From Octopus vulgaris (Eukaryota), in the NCBI GenBank assembly GCA_951406725.2, contig OX597816.1:49538001-49602000 (forward strand): a stretch of DNA of 64,000 bases, in the 5' to 3' direction. Both the position numbers and the translations under genes were made by a program. A model generated the notes under the pieces. It was not told the DNA's origin. It searched no databases and was given only the letters and a program-made list of their open reading frames with translations. Of the stretch, positions 14,701-24,844 are shown one piece after another. Position 1 is the first letter of the stretch. Every line of letters starts with the position of its first letter.

Positions 14701-17590
14701 CTATGTAGCATTCAATTGTACAAAAATGTGTAACCTGCTCCCACTTTTGTCCTCTGGCGGGTATTCAGCTCTCATATTATGCTGCAATGCTAAGGATGTA
14801 TTTTTGAAGTCTACTCCCAAATAGGACTGATCTTTCCTGCCTAGCACACTCTGTTTCCCTTCCTTCCATCTGCTTACAATATTCCAAATATTCAAGAGCT
14901 AAAGCAATTCTAGTAGATAAGCTTCTATTGATACCACTACATTGTACCACTATCTTGTATTTTAACTCATCAGACCAGACCATTTGATCCAGTTGCCGAT
15001 TTTTAGTCCCCATTTTCTAAGCGCATCCTATTAGGCATCGTGGGACATTGGTCTTAAACAGTCCCTTCTCGTACAAGAGTGTCCAACCAATATTCCAATA
15101 CAACTCCCGTAAATTGACACAGCATTTGTTGTCTCCCAGGATGCCAGTATGATCCTCAAGACTAGCGTTCATAAAACCTTTCTCATATTAGACACATTTT
15201 GCCAACCCTAGAACACAGAGTAATTTAGGTTGGTGACTATCATCCACATATTTCAAGGAAGTGAAAGCACCCTATAAAACCTTATAACTTAGTACAGACC
15301 TAATTCTTTAGTACATTTACATTTGTGACTTTGTAAGGTAGTGTCAACTGCAGTCATGTTATGAAATGCCGTATTATCGTCAGGTCAATTGACAGGAGCC
15401 TCAGTTAGAATAACTGGATTCCTTTGTAGTGCTGCAGCAAATGTTTGACTAAACGTTTCGTCTCCTCTGCTAGCTACATGTACCTGTGCACTACACAAGG
15501 CGGCCAGACTCACTTTATCAAAACTGAGTCACTGGGATTGAGTTTTCTTGAATTAGCTGTGTTTCCTACTAACTCCTTACTTTTGTGTTAGGAATATGGT
15601 GTTAGACGGAAAACTGCTTAATTGGTTAGGCCCTATTCACAGGTAACCTCCATATCTGCAGTCCATCGAACTATCCGCCTCTCTTAATCGGGTCCTTTAA
15701 CAGGTCAACTCCAGTTCCCATATATAAATACTTATGGACAAACATACGCAAAAATATGCTCACATACGTACAAGCATATGTATGTCCACATTGTGAATTA
15801 GATATCATACCCAATGAGATAAGGCTTTACAATGTAGATAGTAATGTACACATTGGCATCACTCTACTTCGAAAGGTATTTCCTTATATAATTAGTACAG
15901 ATTGTGTCTCTTTCTGGTACAATCACCGCTAGTTGGACATCAGCTGTACTGGAACAACTACTGTTTTGTAATTTGACTAAAACATAACTTGAGTCAATAA
16001 GAAACTTATGAATCATCTCACTTCTTTTACTGAAAGCAGCCACATAGAATCGTTTAATGTCTATACACCTACGTTGGCATCTGATACTGAAGAGACAATA
16101 ACTGCATTGATGAGATGCAATCTATGCATTGATTAAGATACCAAAATATGGTGTTGTGAAAACTAAGAGCAATGTCATAAGACTAATTGATGTATGTGCC
16201 ATGCCTTAAGTCATCAATGTGAGTACCATCTTTTAGCAGATGTGGAGGACATTAAGGATTCTTTACAGTCGTAAGGAAATCTTACTGGTGGATCCTATTT
16301 GAATATTTGTACAATGAGAGAAACAGAATGATAGAAAAAACAGCAGCACATTCTACTAATATAAAATTTCTAGTGCTCTCTATACGATATTGGGCAATAA
16401 GATACGTAACTGCAAGTTCGACTTTAAAATAACATTAGTCGCAGCTTAGTGCTCAAACTAGAGTTTTCGGGGAGATGACGAAGGCTGAATACATGAAAGT
16501 TTAATCTTCATGGGAGGTACATGTTATGATGATGCAATCGAAAATATAGAGGAAAACTCCTCAAGAATGGTTCAACGACACTTCGAGCTCAATCAGAAGT
16601 GCACGACGCCTATATATTTCTCGCCATTCACTAAAATAGAGTGTCGAGTTCTTCGCAGGAAGAGTCATGTGCCCTTTCTACCCTGACCAATTATCTATGG
16701 TGCATTGAAAATTTTCGATTATGACATCTAGATGCATGCATACAGATATCATAACTATGATTTAGCGTACTTTTCATTTTCGTGAACACATTGTTACTCG
16801 GAAAGATGGAAGGAAATGGAAGTCATATTAACTTCCGATTCAACGAGGCCCTTTTTCGGCCCCGGATATAGGCCAACGCAAAGCTCAAATTTAATCACAT
16901 CACCGAACATCTCTCTGCTGATGGCCTGTGCTCTGTTAAGCCAAACTTCATCTTACCAGTTTATGCAATGTTTGTCGGAACGATTATTAGGAAATTTGCC
17001 TTGATATTAGATCTTACTCCTTGCTCCCAATTTTTCTCAGTGTAAACCGCCTTCCGTTTCAGGTTCCTAGGCAACATTAATTCCAACAAGTGTACAATAG
17101 ATGTAAATCATTTAAACTACATGGAACAGAATTCTTCATCGTTTTAAATGTCAACATTAGTCTTTGATACAAAGTATCATTGTATAACCCATATTCCACT
17201 GGTATATTCACAACATGGAGTTCTTTAACAAACATTGTTTGCATAATAACTTTTTAGTGATAATGGTGACATGGGGTTACTTACAAGAAAATTACTTCGA
17301 TGCATACTGCGTGTATCTTAATTGTTTTCCGCGGTGGAATAATCAATCACAAGCCTCAAAATACTTAAGACTTGGTTTATGAGCCAAAGAATATGTACAT
17401 TTCACATTGAATAGAAGCAATTTCTGCATTTCAAGAATGTAATGTATACTTACCCACGCCCATATTGACAGTTTCAATGTGCCAAAGCTATGGAGGGTTA
17501 TCACACTCAAGTATTTCTAGACAAACGAGGAATGAGGTATAGATTCAGAACAACTGTCTTTTCTCACCAAGATATTATATACTGATTTAA

Positions 17591-17801
17591 GGCGGGGAGC
17601 TGGCAGAAACGTTAGCACGCCGGGCGAAATGCTTAGCAGTGTTTCGTCTGTCTTTAATTTCTGAGATCAACTTCCGCCGAGGTCGACTTTGCCCTTTATA
17701 CTTTCCGAGTCAATAAATTAAGGACCAGTTGCGTACTGGGGTCGATCTAATCGACTGGTCCATTCCCACAAAATTTCGGTCCTTTTGCCCAGGGTAGAAA
17801 A
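17591..17801 (+). mobile_element. tRNA-derived SINE, family A (near full length)
   Basis: ggcggggagctggcagaaacgttagcacgccgggcgaaatgcttagc head with A/B-box-like motifs and a conserved gtcgactttgcc..taaattaag.accag body. More than 10 copies in the window. Confidence 0.9.
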
Positions 17802-18542
17802 TAAAAGATTATATATCGATCTGCATCCGAAGTTACACATAGGAAATGGGGTTTGAAGTTATCAAAGTATCAACTAATAAGGACTAGGATCAACATTATA
17901 GGATTACCAAATATATTTTGTAATATTTGGATCGAGAAAATTATATGTACATCATTCTGGTTCATATAATACTCATAAATACGGTTATTTCTCTCCATAT
18001 TTTAAATGTACGAGTAATATACTTTCTCATCATGAAAAGTCGGAGTTAGAATATTATTGTATATTTCCAGAAGTTAAAATTGATGAAATATACATATTTA
18101 GGAAATGTAGCATCTTATTATATTCGCAATATAGATATAATTTATTATATGAGGTAATTCATTTACGAAATATATAACAACCACATATTTGTAATACGCC
18201 TGGTCATTTCGAAAGACAAAAACAAAAAAAAAAAAAAAAAAAAAGAAACCGTATGATTATCCTTGCAAATATGTCTGACTTTATGACAGAATTAATTTCC
18301 TTTTTTGTGACAGTCGGATATTCAGTGGAATACATTTATCTATTTCGCGATTTGAACTTGTGAAATATTTACCATGTTTTTCATTGTAGCCTCTTTGAAT
18401 ACGCTGATTATTAAACCGCTGGTACAGAATATCTAGTGCCACTGACACTCGAAACCAATGGCAATTAAAATTATTTCAGAACTTTCAGAAAAAGTATGAA
18501 GTATCTGTTGCCTGAATTAACATCATATTAGATTACAATGCA

Positions 18543-18543
<1 letters not shown>

Positions 18544-18611
<68 letters not shown>

Positions 18612-18638
18612 CATAATAATAATAATAATAATAATAAT
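18544..18638. repeat. (TAA)n microsatellite with no LINE insertion
   Basis: Directly visible. Confidence 0.97.
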
Positions 18639-19802
18639 ATGTATATGACCAAATACATACCTTTTTACAGTTTTTTTTGCATCAATTTTTTCCTCAATAC
18701 CAAGCAATTCAATATGTGGAATAATTTGAATTGATTCATCTCGACATTTTACATGTGCAAAAACAATCCGTTTAAATAAATGAGGCTGAACTAATTGTGT
18801 CTTTATTGAAATGAAAAATTGAAGCATAGATTTTATGGGAGACAAGAATTTGAAAATTTCTCTATTTTTGTTTTTCTTATTTTTTTAATTGTTTTTTTTT
18901 TACAGCATTGTGAATATTACACTTTCTCCGCGTCGATGAAGACATGGTGTATTTTCAGCATGATTCCATGAACCGGACACGAAGTGACTAATTGTGACTG
19001 TTACTGTTTAATAATTTCATTCTGACATTTCTTTTCTTTTCTTGTATATTTTAGCCAATAGATTATTAGCTCGGCAATCATGTATTCAAAAAGGGTTCAC
19101 GTGTTATTGTAACAATTAATAATGCACTGTTAAACATTTAGTCAATTCTATATATTGCTTTACTTACTATTCTATTCACAGTTCTTTTTTTTTTTGCGCC
19201 ACAGCAGAGTGATCAATTCATTGGTCTGACTTGAATTTGTCTTGGTTTCTTACGTAGTCATTTCTAGTTATCAAGCATTATGCTATTGCAGTATCTCCTC
19301 ATCCGTTGCCCTTGTGTAAGAAAGAAATTGCAAATGTAGTATTTCTTATTATATTTACCAAAGTTAGGTACTCGCAGGCATCGTAGAATATCGGCAAAAT
19401 GCCCCATGCGTTTAGTTACTGTCCCTTATCTTCTCACTCTAAATATTGTCAAGGTCGTGTATTACTTTCATCCGTTTGAGAGAGATAAGACAAGCTGCTT
19501 GCGAATAGCAAAGTGACATAATTTAACTATTCCTTTCTAAGAACTTTATTTTATTATTTCTATGACAGAAATGTCTAATTGTCTTTGTTATCGTAGTTTT
19601 AATCATCACCATCATCATCATCATCATCACACTCGTTGGCATCCCGGGCAGAAGTCTTGGCTGCATTTCATCTGTCTGTATGTTTTGATTATAAATTCTG
19701 TCGAAGTCGGCATTGCCTTTCCAACTTTCGGGGTCATTAAAGTAAGTACCAGTTGACGTCAGGGGTCTTTGTAATAGACTTACGCAATCCCCTAAACTTG
19801 AA

Positions 19803-19887
<85 letters not shown>

Positions 19888-19899
19888 GTAATAATAATA
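19803..19899. repeat. (TAA)n microsatellite forming the 5' flank of the R4/Dong element
   Basis: Directly visible. Confidence 0.97.
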
Positions 19900-20035
19900 A
19901 ACGCCAACGCTTCTTTGAAGAAAACAAAAAGTTCAGCTCCAACCCCAAAAAGTTCTACCAAGAACTGGGCAAAAATAAAATAGAAGTCACTGCAGCACCA
20001 ACGGCAGAAGAATTGGAATAATTCTGGAGAGAGAT

Positions 20036-22150
20036 ATGGTCGGCGAACGAACCACCAAAAAAAGGAGTATCAAAATTACAAACTCGGCATCTGAACAACT
20101 TTGGACCCCCATAACAACTGAAGAGGTCACCCAGGCACTGCAAAGACTAAGCAACTGGAAGGCACCTGGGCATGACAAGATCCCCAACTTCTGGTTGAAA
20201 TATCTAACAGGAATGCACAAAAAGCTGGCTGAAAACTTTAACAACGTACTAGCAGAGCCAGAGACAATGCCTGAATGGCTCACGAAGGGGAAAACCATCT
20301 TAATTCCCAAATCAAATGAAACAGAAAAACCAGAAAACTACAGACCAATAACCTGCCTCCCTACTATGTTCAAGGCATTTACTGCAGTGATATCACAAAG
20401 GCTGAACAAGCACCTGGACGAAAACAAACTGTTCCCAGAAGAGCAGAAAGGATGCCGCAAAGGCTCATATGGCTGTAAAGATCAACTAATGATTAATAAA
20501 GCCATAACTGAAGACAGCCACAGAAAGAAGAAAGGCCTCAGTATGGCCTGGATTGACTACAAAAAGGCGTTTGATAGCATCCCCCACACATGGATCCTCG
20601 AAACACTAGCCATTAACAAAGTAGCACCAACAATCATAAAATTCATAGAGCACTCTATGAATAAATGGCAAACAGTCCTACACCTCCAAACAAAAGAGGG
20701 ACTCATGAAAACCAAAGACATCCCCATTAGAAGAGGAATATTCCAGGGAGACACGCTCTCTCCACTCCTTTTCTGCTTGGCACTGTCACCTCTATCTGAT
20801 ATGCTAAATAGAACTGGATGCGGATATAAATGTTACGGCAAAACGATCAGCCACCTTTTATATATGGATGACCTAAAACTATACGCTGCAAATGACAAAC
20901 AGCTGGAAACACTATTAAAGACAGTTCATGGATTTACCAAAGAAATAGATATGAAATTTGGATTAGAAAAATGCGCCAAAGTAACCATGAAAAGAGGAAA
21001 ACTAGTTAAGAGTAACAACATCACACTAGATAAAACCAATGAAATAAAAGAATTAGACCAAAGCCAAACTTACAAATACTTAGGAATCCATGAACTAGAT
21101 AAGACACAACACACACAAATGAAAGAGAAAATAAAAAAAGAATATTATAGACGAGTTAGATCAATACTAAACACAGAGCTCAATGCTAAAAACAAGATAA
21201 TAGGTATCAACACTTTAGCTGTCTCAGTTATAAGTTACAGCTACAATATCCTTAACTGGACACGAAATGAACTGACCAAAATAGATAGGAAAACAAGAAA
21301 AATAATGACAGGATCTAGGATGCATCACCCAAAATCTGACATAGAAAGACTATATATACAACGTATGGAAGGTGGTAGAGGCCTTATACAACTGGAAAAC
21401 TACTATAAAATAACCACCATAGGACTGCAAAAATATCTACTTCAGAAGGAAGGAAAACTGATCCAGATAGCGGCAAAACACGAGCAAAACAAAAAACTGT
21501 TCTCAGTATTTAAGGAAGCTGACAAATACAAACAAGAAATCATACCACCTAATAAACATGAAGAAGAAGAAGAAGATGAAGAAACAACAAAAGCTATAAA
21601 ACAAATGAAATCCAAACTAAAAACAGAACAGCAACGAACCATGATAAAACGATGGCAAGAAAAGCCCCTTCATGGTAAATACTGCACTAAACTAAACGCA
21701 AAAGAAATAGACAAAGAAAAATCCCAGCAATGGTTGAGAAGCTCAGGACTCAAAGCAGAAACAGAGGGATTTTTAATTGCAGCACAAGACCAAAGCCTCC
21801 CCACCAGAAATTACCAAAAACATGTAATGAAAAGAAATATTACAAGTAACTGCAGAATATGTGGAGATGGACAAGAAACAATAAATCATATTATCTCTAG
21901 CTGCCCAGTCCTGGCTAAGAAGGAATATATTCACAGACATGACAGAGTTGGAACCTACATACATTGGAAGCTATGCCAACATTATGGAATAACAACAGAA
22001 AAAAGATGGTATAGGCACACACCAGAAAAGGTCACAGAAAACGAGAAAGCAACCATACTCTGGGATATGCCGATACACACAGATAGAGAAATTAAGGCCA
22101 ACAGACCAGATATAGTTGTCAGAGATCATGAAGAAAAAAATGCTTTTTAA
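20036..22150 (+). CDS. Non-LTR retrotransposon polyprotein: reverse transcriptase, zinc knuckle and first half of a restriction-like endonuclease (N-terminally truncated)
   Basis: Motifs KAPGHD, NYRPITCL, EEQKGCR, WIDYKKAFDS, RGIFQGDTLSPLLF, HLLYMDDLKL, YKYLG, GGRGL; CRICGDGQETINHIISSC (CCHC), RHD, RPDIVV. Confidence 0.92.
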   Translation: MVGERTTKKRSIKITNSASEQLWTPITTEEVTQALQRLSNWKAPGHDKIPNFWLKYLTGMHKKLAENFNNVLAEPETMPEWLTKGKTILIPKSNETEKPENYRPITCLPTMFKAFTAVISQRLNKHLDENKLFPEEQKGCRKGSYGCKDQLMINKAITEDSHRKKKGLSMAWIDYKKAFDSIPHTWILETLAINKVAPTIIKFIEHSMNKWQTVLHLQTKEGLMKTKDIPIRRGIFQGDTLSPLLFCLALSPLSDMLNRTGCGYKCYGKTISHLLYMDDLKLYAANDKQLETLLKTVHGFTKEIDMKFGLEKCAKVTMKRGKLVKSNNITLDKTNEIKELDQSQTYKYLGIHELDKTQHTQMKEKIKKEYYRRVRSILNTELNAKNKIIGINTLAVSVISYSYNILNWTRNELTKIDRKTRKIMTGSRMHHPKSDIERLYIQRMEGGRGLIQLENYYKITTIGLQKYLLQKEGKLIQIAAKHEQNKKLFSVFKEADKYKQEIIPPNKHEEEEEDEETTKAIKQMKSKLKTEQQRTMIKRWQEKPLHGKYCTKLNAKEIDKEKSQQWLRSSGLKAETEGFLIAAQDQSLPTRNYQKHVMKRNITSNCRICGDGQETINHIISSCPVLAKKEYIHRHDRVGTYIHWKLCQHYGITTEKRWYRHTPEKVTENEKATILWDMPIHTDREIKANRPDIVVRDHEEKNAF

Positions 22151-22419
22151 TTGATGTATCAATACCGGCAGATGACAACGTGTCTCTAAAAGAAATGGAG
22201 AAACTCTCAAAATACAAAGACCTGGAAATAGAGGTAACTAGAATGTGGAATCTGAAAACAGAAACAATTCCTATCATAGTAGGTGCATTAGGCATGATAA
22301 AAAAATATTCAGACAAATACATAACAAAAACACCAGGACTTACAAACACATATAACATACAGAAAATTGCACTACTAGGCACTGCCCACATCCTACGCAG
22401 AACACTTTCCATACAATAA
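22141..22419 (+). CDS. C-terminal half of the restriction-like endonuclease, in the -1 frame relative to the main ORF
   Basis: CFLIDVSIP..KEMEKLSKYKDL..IPIIVGALG..IQKIALLGTAHILRRTL supplies the second catalytic Asp and the K..KY motif. One extra A at 22134-22140 would fuse it to the main ORF. Confidence 0.85.
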   Translation, partial: CFLIDVSIPADDNVSLKEMEKLSKYKDLEIEVTRMWNLKTETIPIIVGALGMIKKYSDKYITKTPGLTNTYNIQKIALLGTAHILRRTLSIQ

Positions 22420-22519
22420 CCATCAGAGCATCACAACAAATCACAGCACATACCCAAGGCACACAGAGCTGCGCTCGGTAGTGAAGTGAAAGCACGCTAT
22501 AAAAATAAAAATAAAACTA

Positions 22520-22558
<39 letters not shown>

Positions 22559-22572
22559 CTTTATTATTACTG

Positions 22573-22790
22573 AGGCGGCGAGCTGGAAAAATCGTTAGCA
22601 CGTCGGGCCAAATTCTGAGCGGCATTTCGTCTGTGTTTACGATCTGAGTTCAAATTCCATCGTGGTCGGCTTTACTTTTCATCCTATCGGTATCGATATA
22701 ATTAAGTACTAGTAAAATACTCTGGTCGATGTAAACGACTAGTCCTCTCCCACCAATATTTCAGGTCTTTAGCTAAGACTAAGAAAGAAT
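22573..22790 (+). mobile_element. tRNA-derived SINE, family A (degenerate)
   Basis: ggcggcgagctggaaaaatcgttagcacg..ctgagttcaaattcc..tttcatcc..attaagtact. Confidence 0.85.
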
Positions 22791-22803
22791 ATTATTATTA
22801 TTA

Positions 22804-22842
<39 letters not shown>

Positions 22843-22849
22843 ATGCTAT

Positions 22850-23340
22850 TACATACTAGTTTAGACATCTGCGATGTTTTCTTGTGGTCTGGTGACAAAT
22901 ATTCTCAAATCTCCAGCAATCTATGAAAGATTACTGCAGAATATAGGATAACACTTTTCAGAATATCGACAACTTTTATACCAATTTAAATATCCTTCAG
23001 GCACTTAAATAACATTTTGGGTCTTTTGCCAAGTGCACCAATTGCTATAGAAACAGTTGCCATATTTGTCTTCTATAATCTTTTCGTCTATTTTGATATT
23101 TCTCAGTTTTATTAACTTATTTGTTATCCACTTTGTTATGATATGGTATTACAAAATCTGTGATCGTACACTTTTTGTTTGACTTTTACAAACGTATCTG
23201 GTTTTCTTGTTTCACTAATGTGATCAGTCTCTATGGAGAAATACCATAATGTCCTGCAATTAGTCGCTGCTACTGACCCTGGTTTGTATTCAAACTGCTG
23301 TCCTGAAACTGCTATTACAATATATGTAATTCCAGCCAAA
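22850..23340 (-). pseudogene. Old R4/Dong-like LINE 3' fragment (endonuclease region)
   Basis: Minus-strand FEYKPGSVA..RTLWYFSIETDHISETRKPD and VSIAIGALG..ILKSVILYSA..RLLEI align with the young element's ILWDMPIHTDREIKANRPD and IPIIVGALG. Its 3' end runs toward (TTA)n at 22790-22842. Confidence 0.75.
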
Positions 23341-23382
23341 TGCGTTGAGGATTCATTTGTACACTAACACACATACACAAAC

Positions 23383-23388
<6 letters not shown>

Positions 23389-23425
<37 letters not shown>

Positions 23426-23512
23426 TAGATAGATAGATATCTACATATTTATATATATATATATCCATCTATATATCTAACTATACATATATATGTATAT
23501 ATATATATATAT

Positions 23513-23574
<62 letters not shown>

Positions 23575-23641
23575 TAGATAGATAGATATACACATTTACA
23601 TATGTATATATATAGATAGATAGATAGATATACACATTTAC

Positions 23642-23698
<57 letters not shown>
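23389..23698. repeat. Compound (TA)n/(TAGA)n microsatellite
   Basis: Directly visible. Confidence 0.95.
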
Positions 23699-23881
23699 CT
23701 TATAATAAAGGGTTTTTGCAACAAGTTGCTTAAACCACATACCGAAAATATTAGAAATAGCAGTCAAAGGGCTACTATTACTATTACTACAAAAATAAGT
23801 CTCCACAAACAACAGCATTTGTAACTCATATATGGTAAAAGAAGAAAGAAAAGCGACGAAAACACACAGTCTACTGGATTA

Positions 23882-23939
23882 ATTATGGACGATCGTTTCT
23901 GGATTAGAATCGTAAAGTTCATTTCCTTATCAACATAAT
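23882..23939 (-). ncRNA. Second copy of the minimal hammerhead ribozyme (inverted pLTR)
   Basis: Exact reverse complement of 24456-24513 as read by eye. Confidence 0.7.
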
Positions 23940-24455
23940 ATTTCCCATAAATCTTGAAAGGCTAGGAAAAACTTACCTCCTATAAAGACCATCTTCTTTT
24001 ACCATATATGAGTTACAAATGCTATTGTTTGTGGAGACTTTTTTTGTAGTAATAGTAATAGAAGCTCTTTGACTGCTATTTCTAATATTTTCGGTATGTG
24101 GTTTAAGCAACTTGTTGCAAAAAGCCGTTTATTATAATTATATAATTTTTACCGAATATGGACCTTTCCATACCGAAATACTACTAGGTGAAATTTATTG
24201 ATTTCATTAAATTAATTATATTTCACCCTTTATCTGTATTGAATTATTTTAATCCCCTACAATATAACTGCGAAACTTCGTTTCGGCAGCACTGTTTTTG
24301 TGACTCACGTGGTGGGATTTGGGGGGGGGGGGGGAGATACGAATTCGCTTGTCTATATAAATGTGGATATGCTAGTGGTCTTATATCTTTCGATGTCGCT
24401 TGCTCGAATATATAGGAGGTAAGTTTTTCCTAGCATTTCTAGATTTATGGGAAAT

Positions 24456-24513
24456 ATTATGTTGATAAGGAAATGAACTTTACGATTCTAATCCAGAAAC
24501 GATCGTCCATAAT
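24456..24513 (+). ncRNA. Minimal type I hammerhead ribozyme, U3-A8 variant
   Basis: attatg | TTGATAA | gga..tcc a | GAAA c gatc GTC | cataat: 6-bp stem I, core boxes, palindromic ACGATCGT in place of stem III, GUC cleavage triplet. Confidence 0.7.
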
Positions 24514-24785
24514 TAATCCAGTAGACTGTGTGTTTTCCTCGTTTTCCTTTCTTCTTTTACCATATATGAGTTACAAATGCTGTTGTTTGTGGAGACTTAT
24601 TTTTGTAGTAAGAGTAATAGTAGCCCTTTGACTACTATTTCTAAAATTTCGGTATGTGGCTTAAGCAACTTGTTGCAAAAAACCCTTTATTATAATTATA
24701 TAATTTTTACCGAATATGGTCCTTTCCATACCGAAATACTACTCGGTGTAATTTATTGATTTTATTAAATTAATTATATTTCACC

Positions 24786-24844
<59 letters not shown>

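Larger units (their letters stand above)
19899..22523 (+). mobile_element. R4/Dong-clade non-LTR retrotransposon, 5'-truncated, inserted in (TAA)n
   Basis: Single ORF layout RT - CCHC - RLE with no APE endonuclease, about 100-bp 3' UTR, (TAA)n on both sides as known for Dong elements. An upstream frame from 19899 reads KRQRFFEENKKFSSNPKKFYQELG..PTAEELE*FWREIW, with a stop at 20019-20021 and a frameshift near 20050. Confidence 0.93.
23700..24790 (+). mobile_element. Penelope-like non-coding element built from pseudo-LTRs: inverted copy 23700-23984, partial direct copy 23992-24230, full copy 24411-24790
   Basis: 23700-23984 is the reverse complement of about 24411-24695; 23992-24230 repeats about 24550-24790; (TA)n on both sides. 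The repeat contains a hammerhead motif. Inverted plus tandem pLTR layout is established for Penelope-like elements. Confidence 0.75.
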
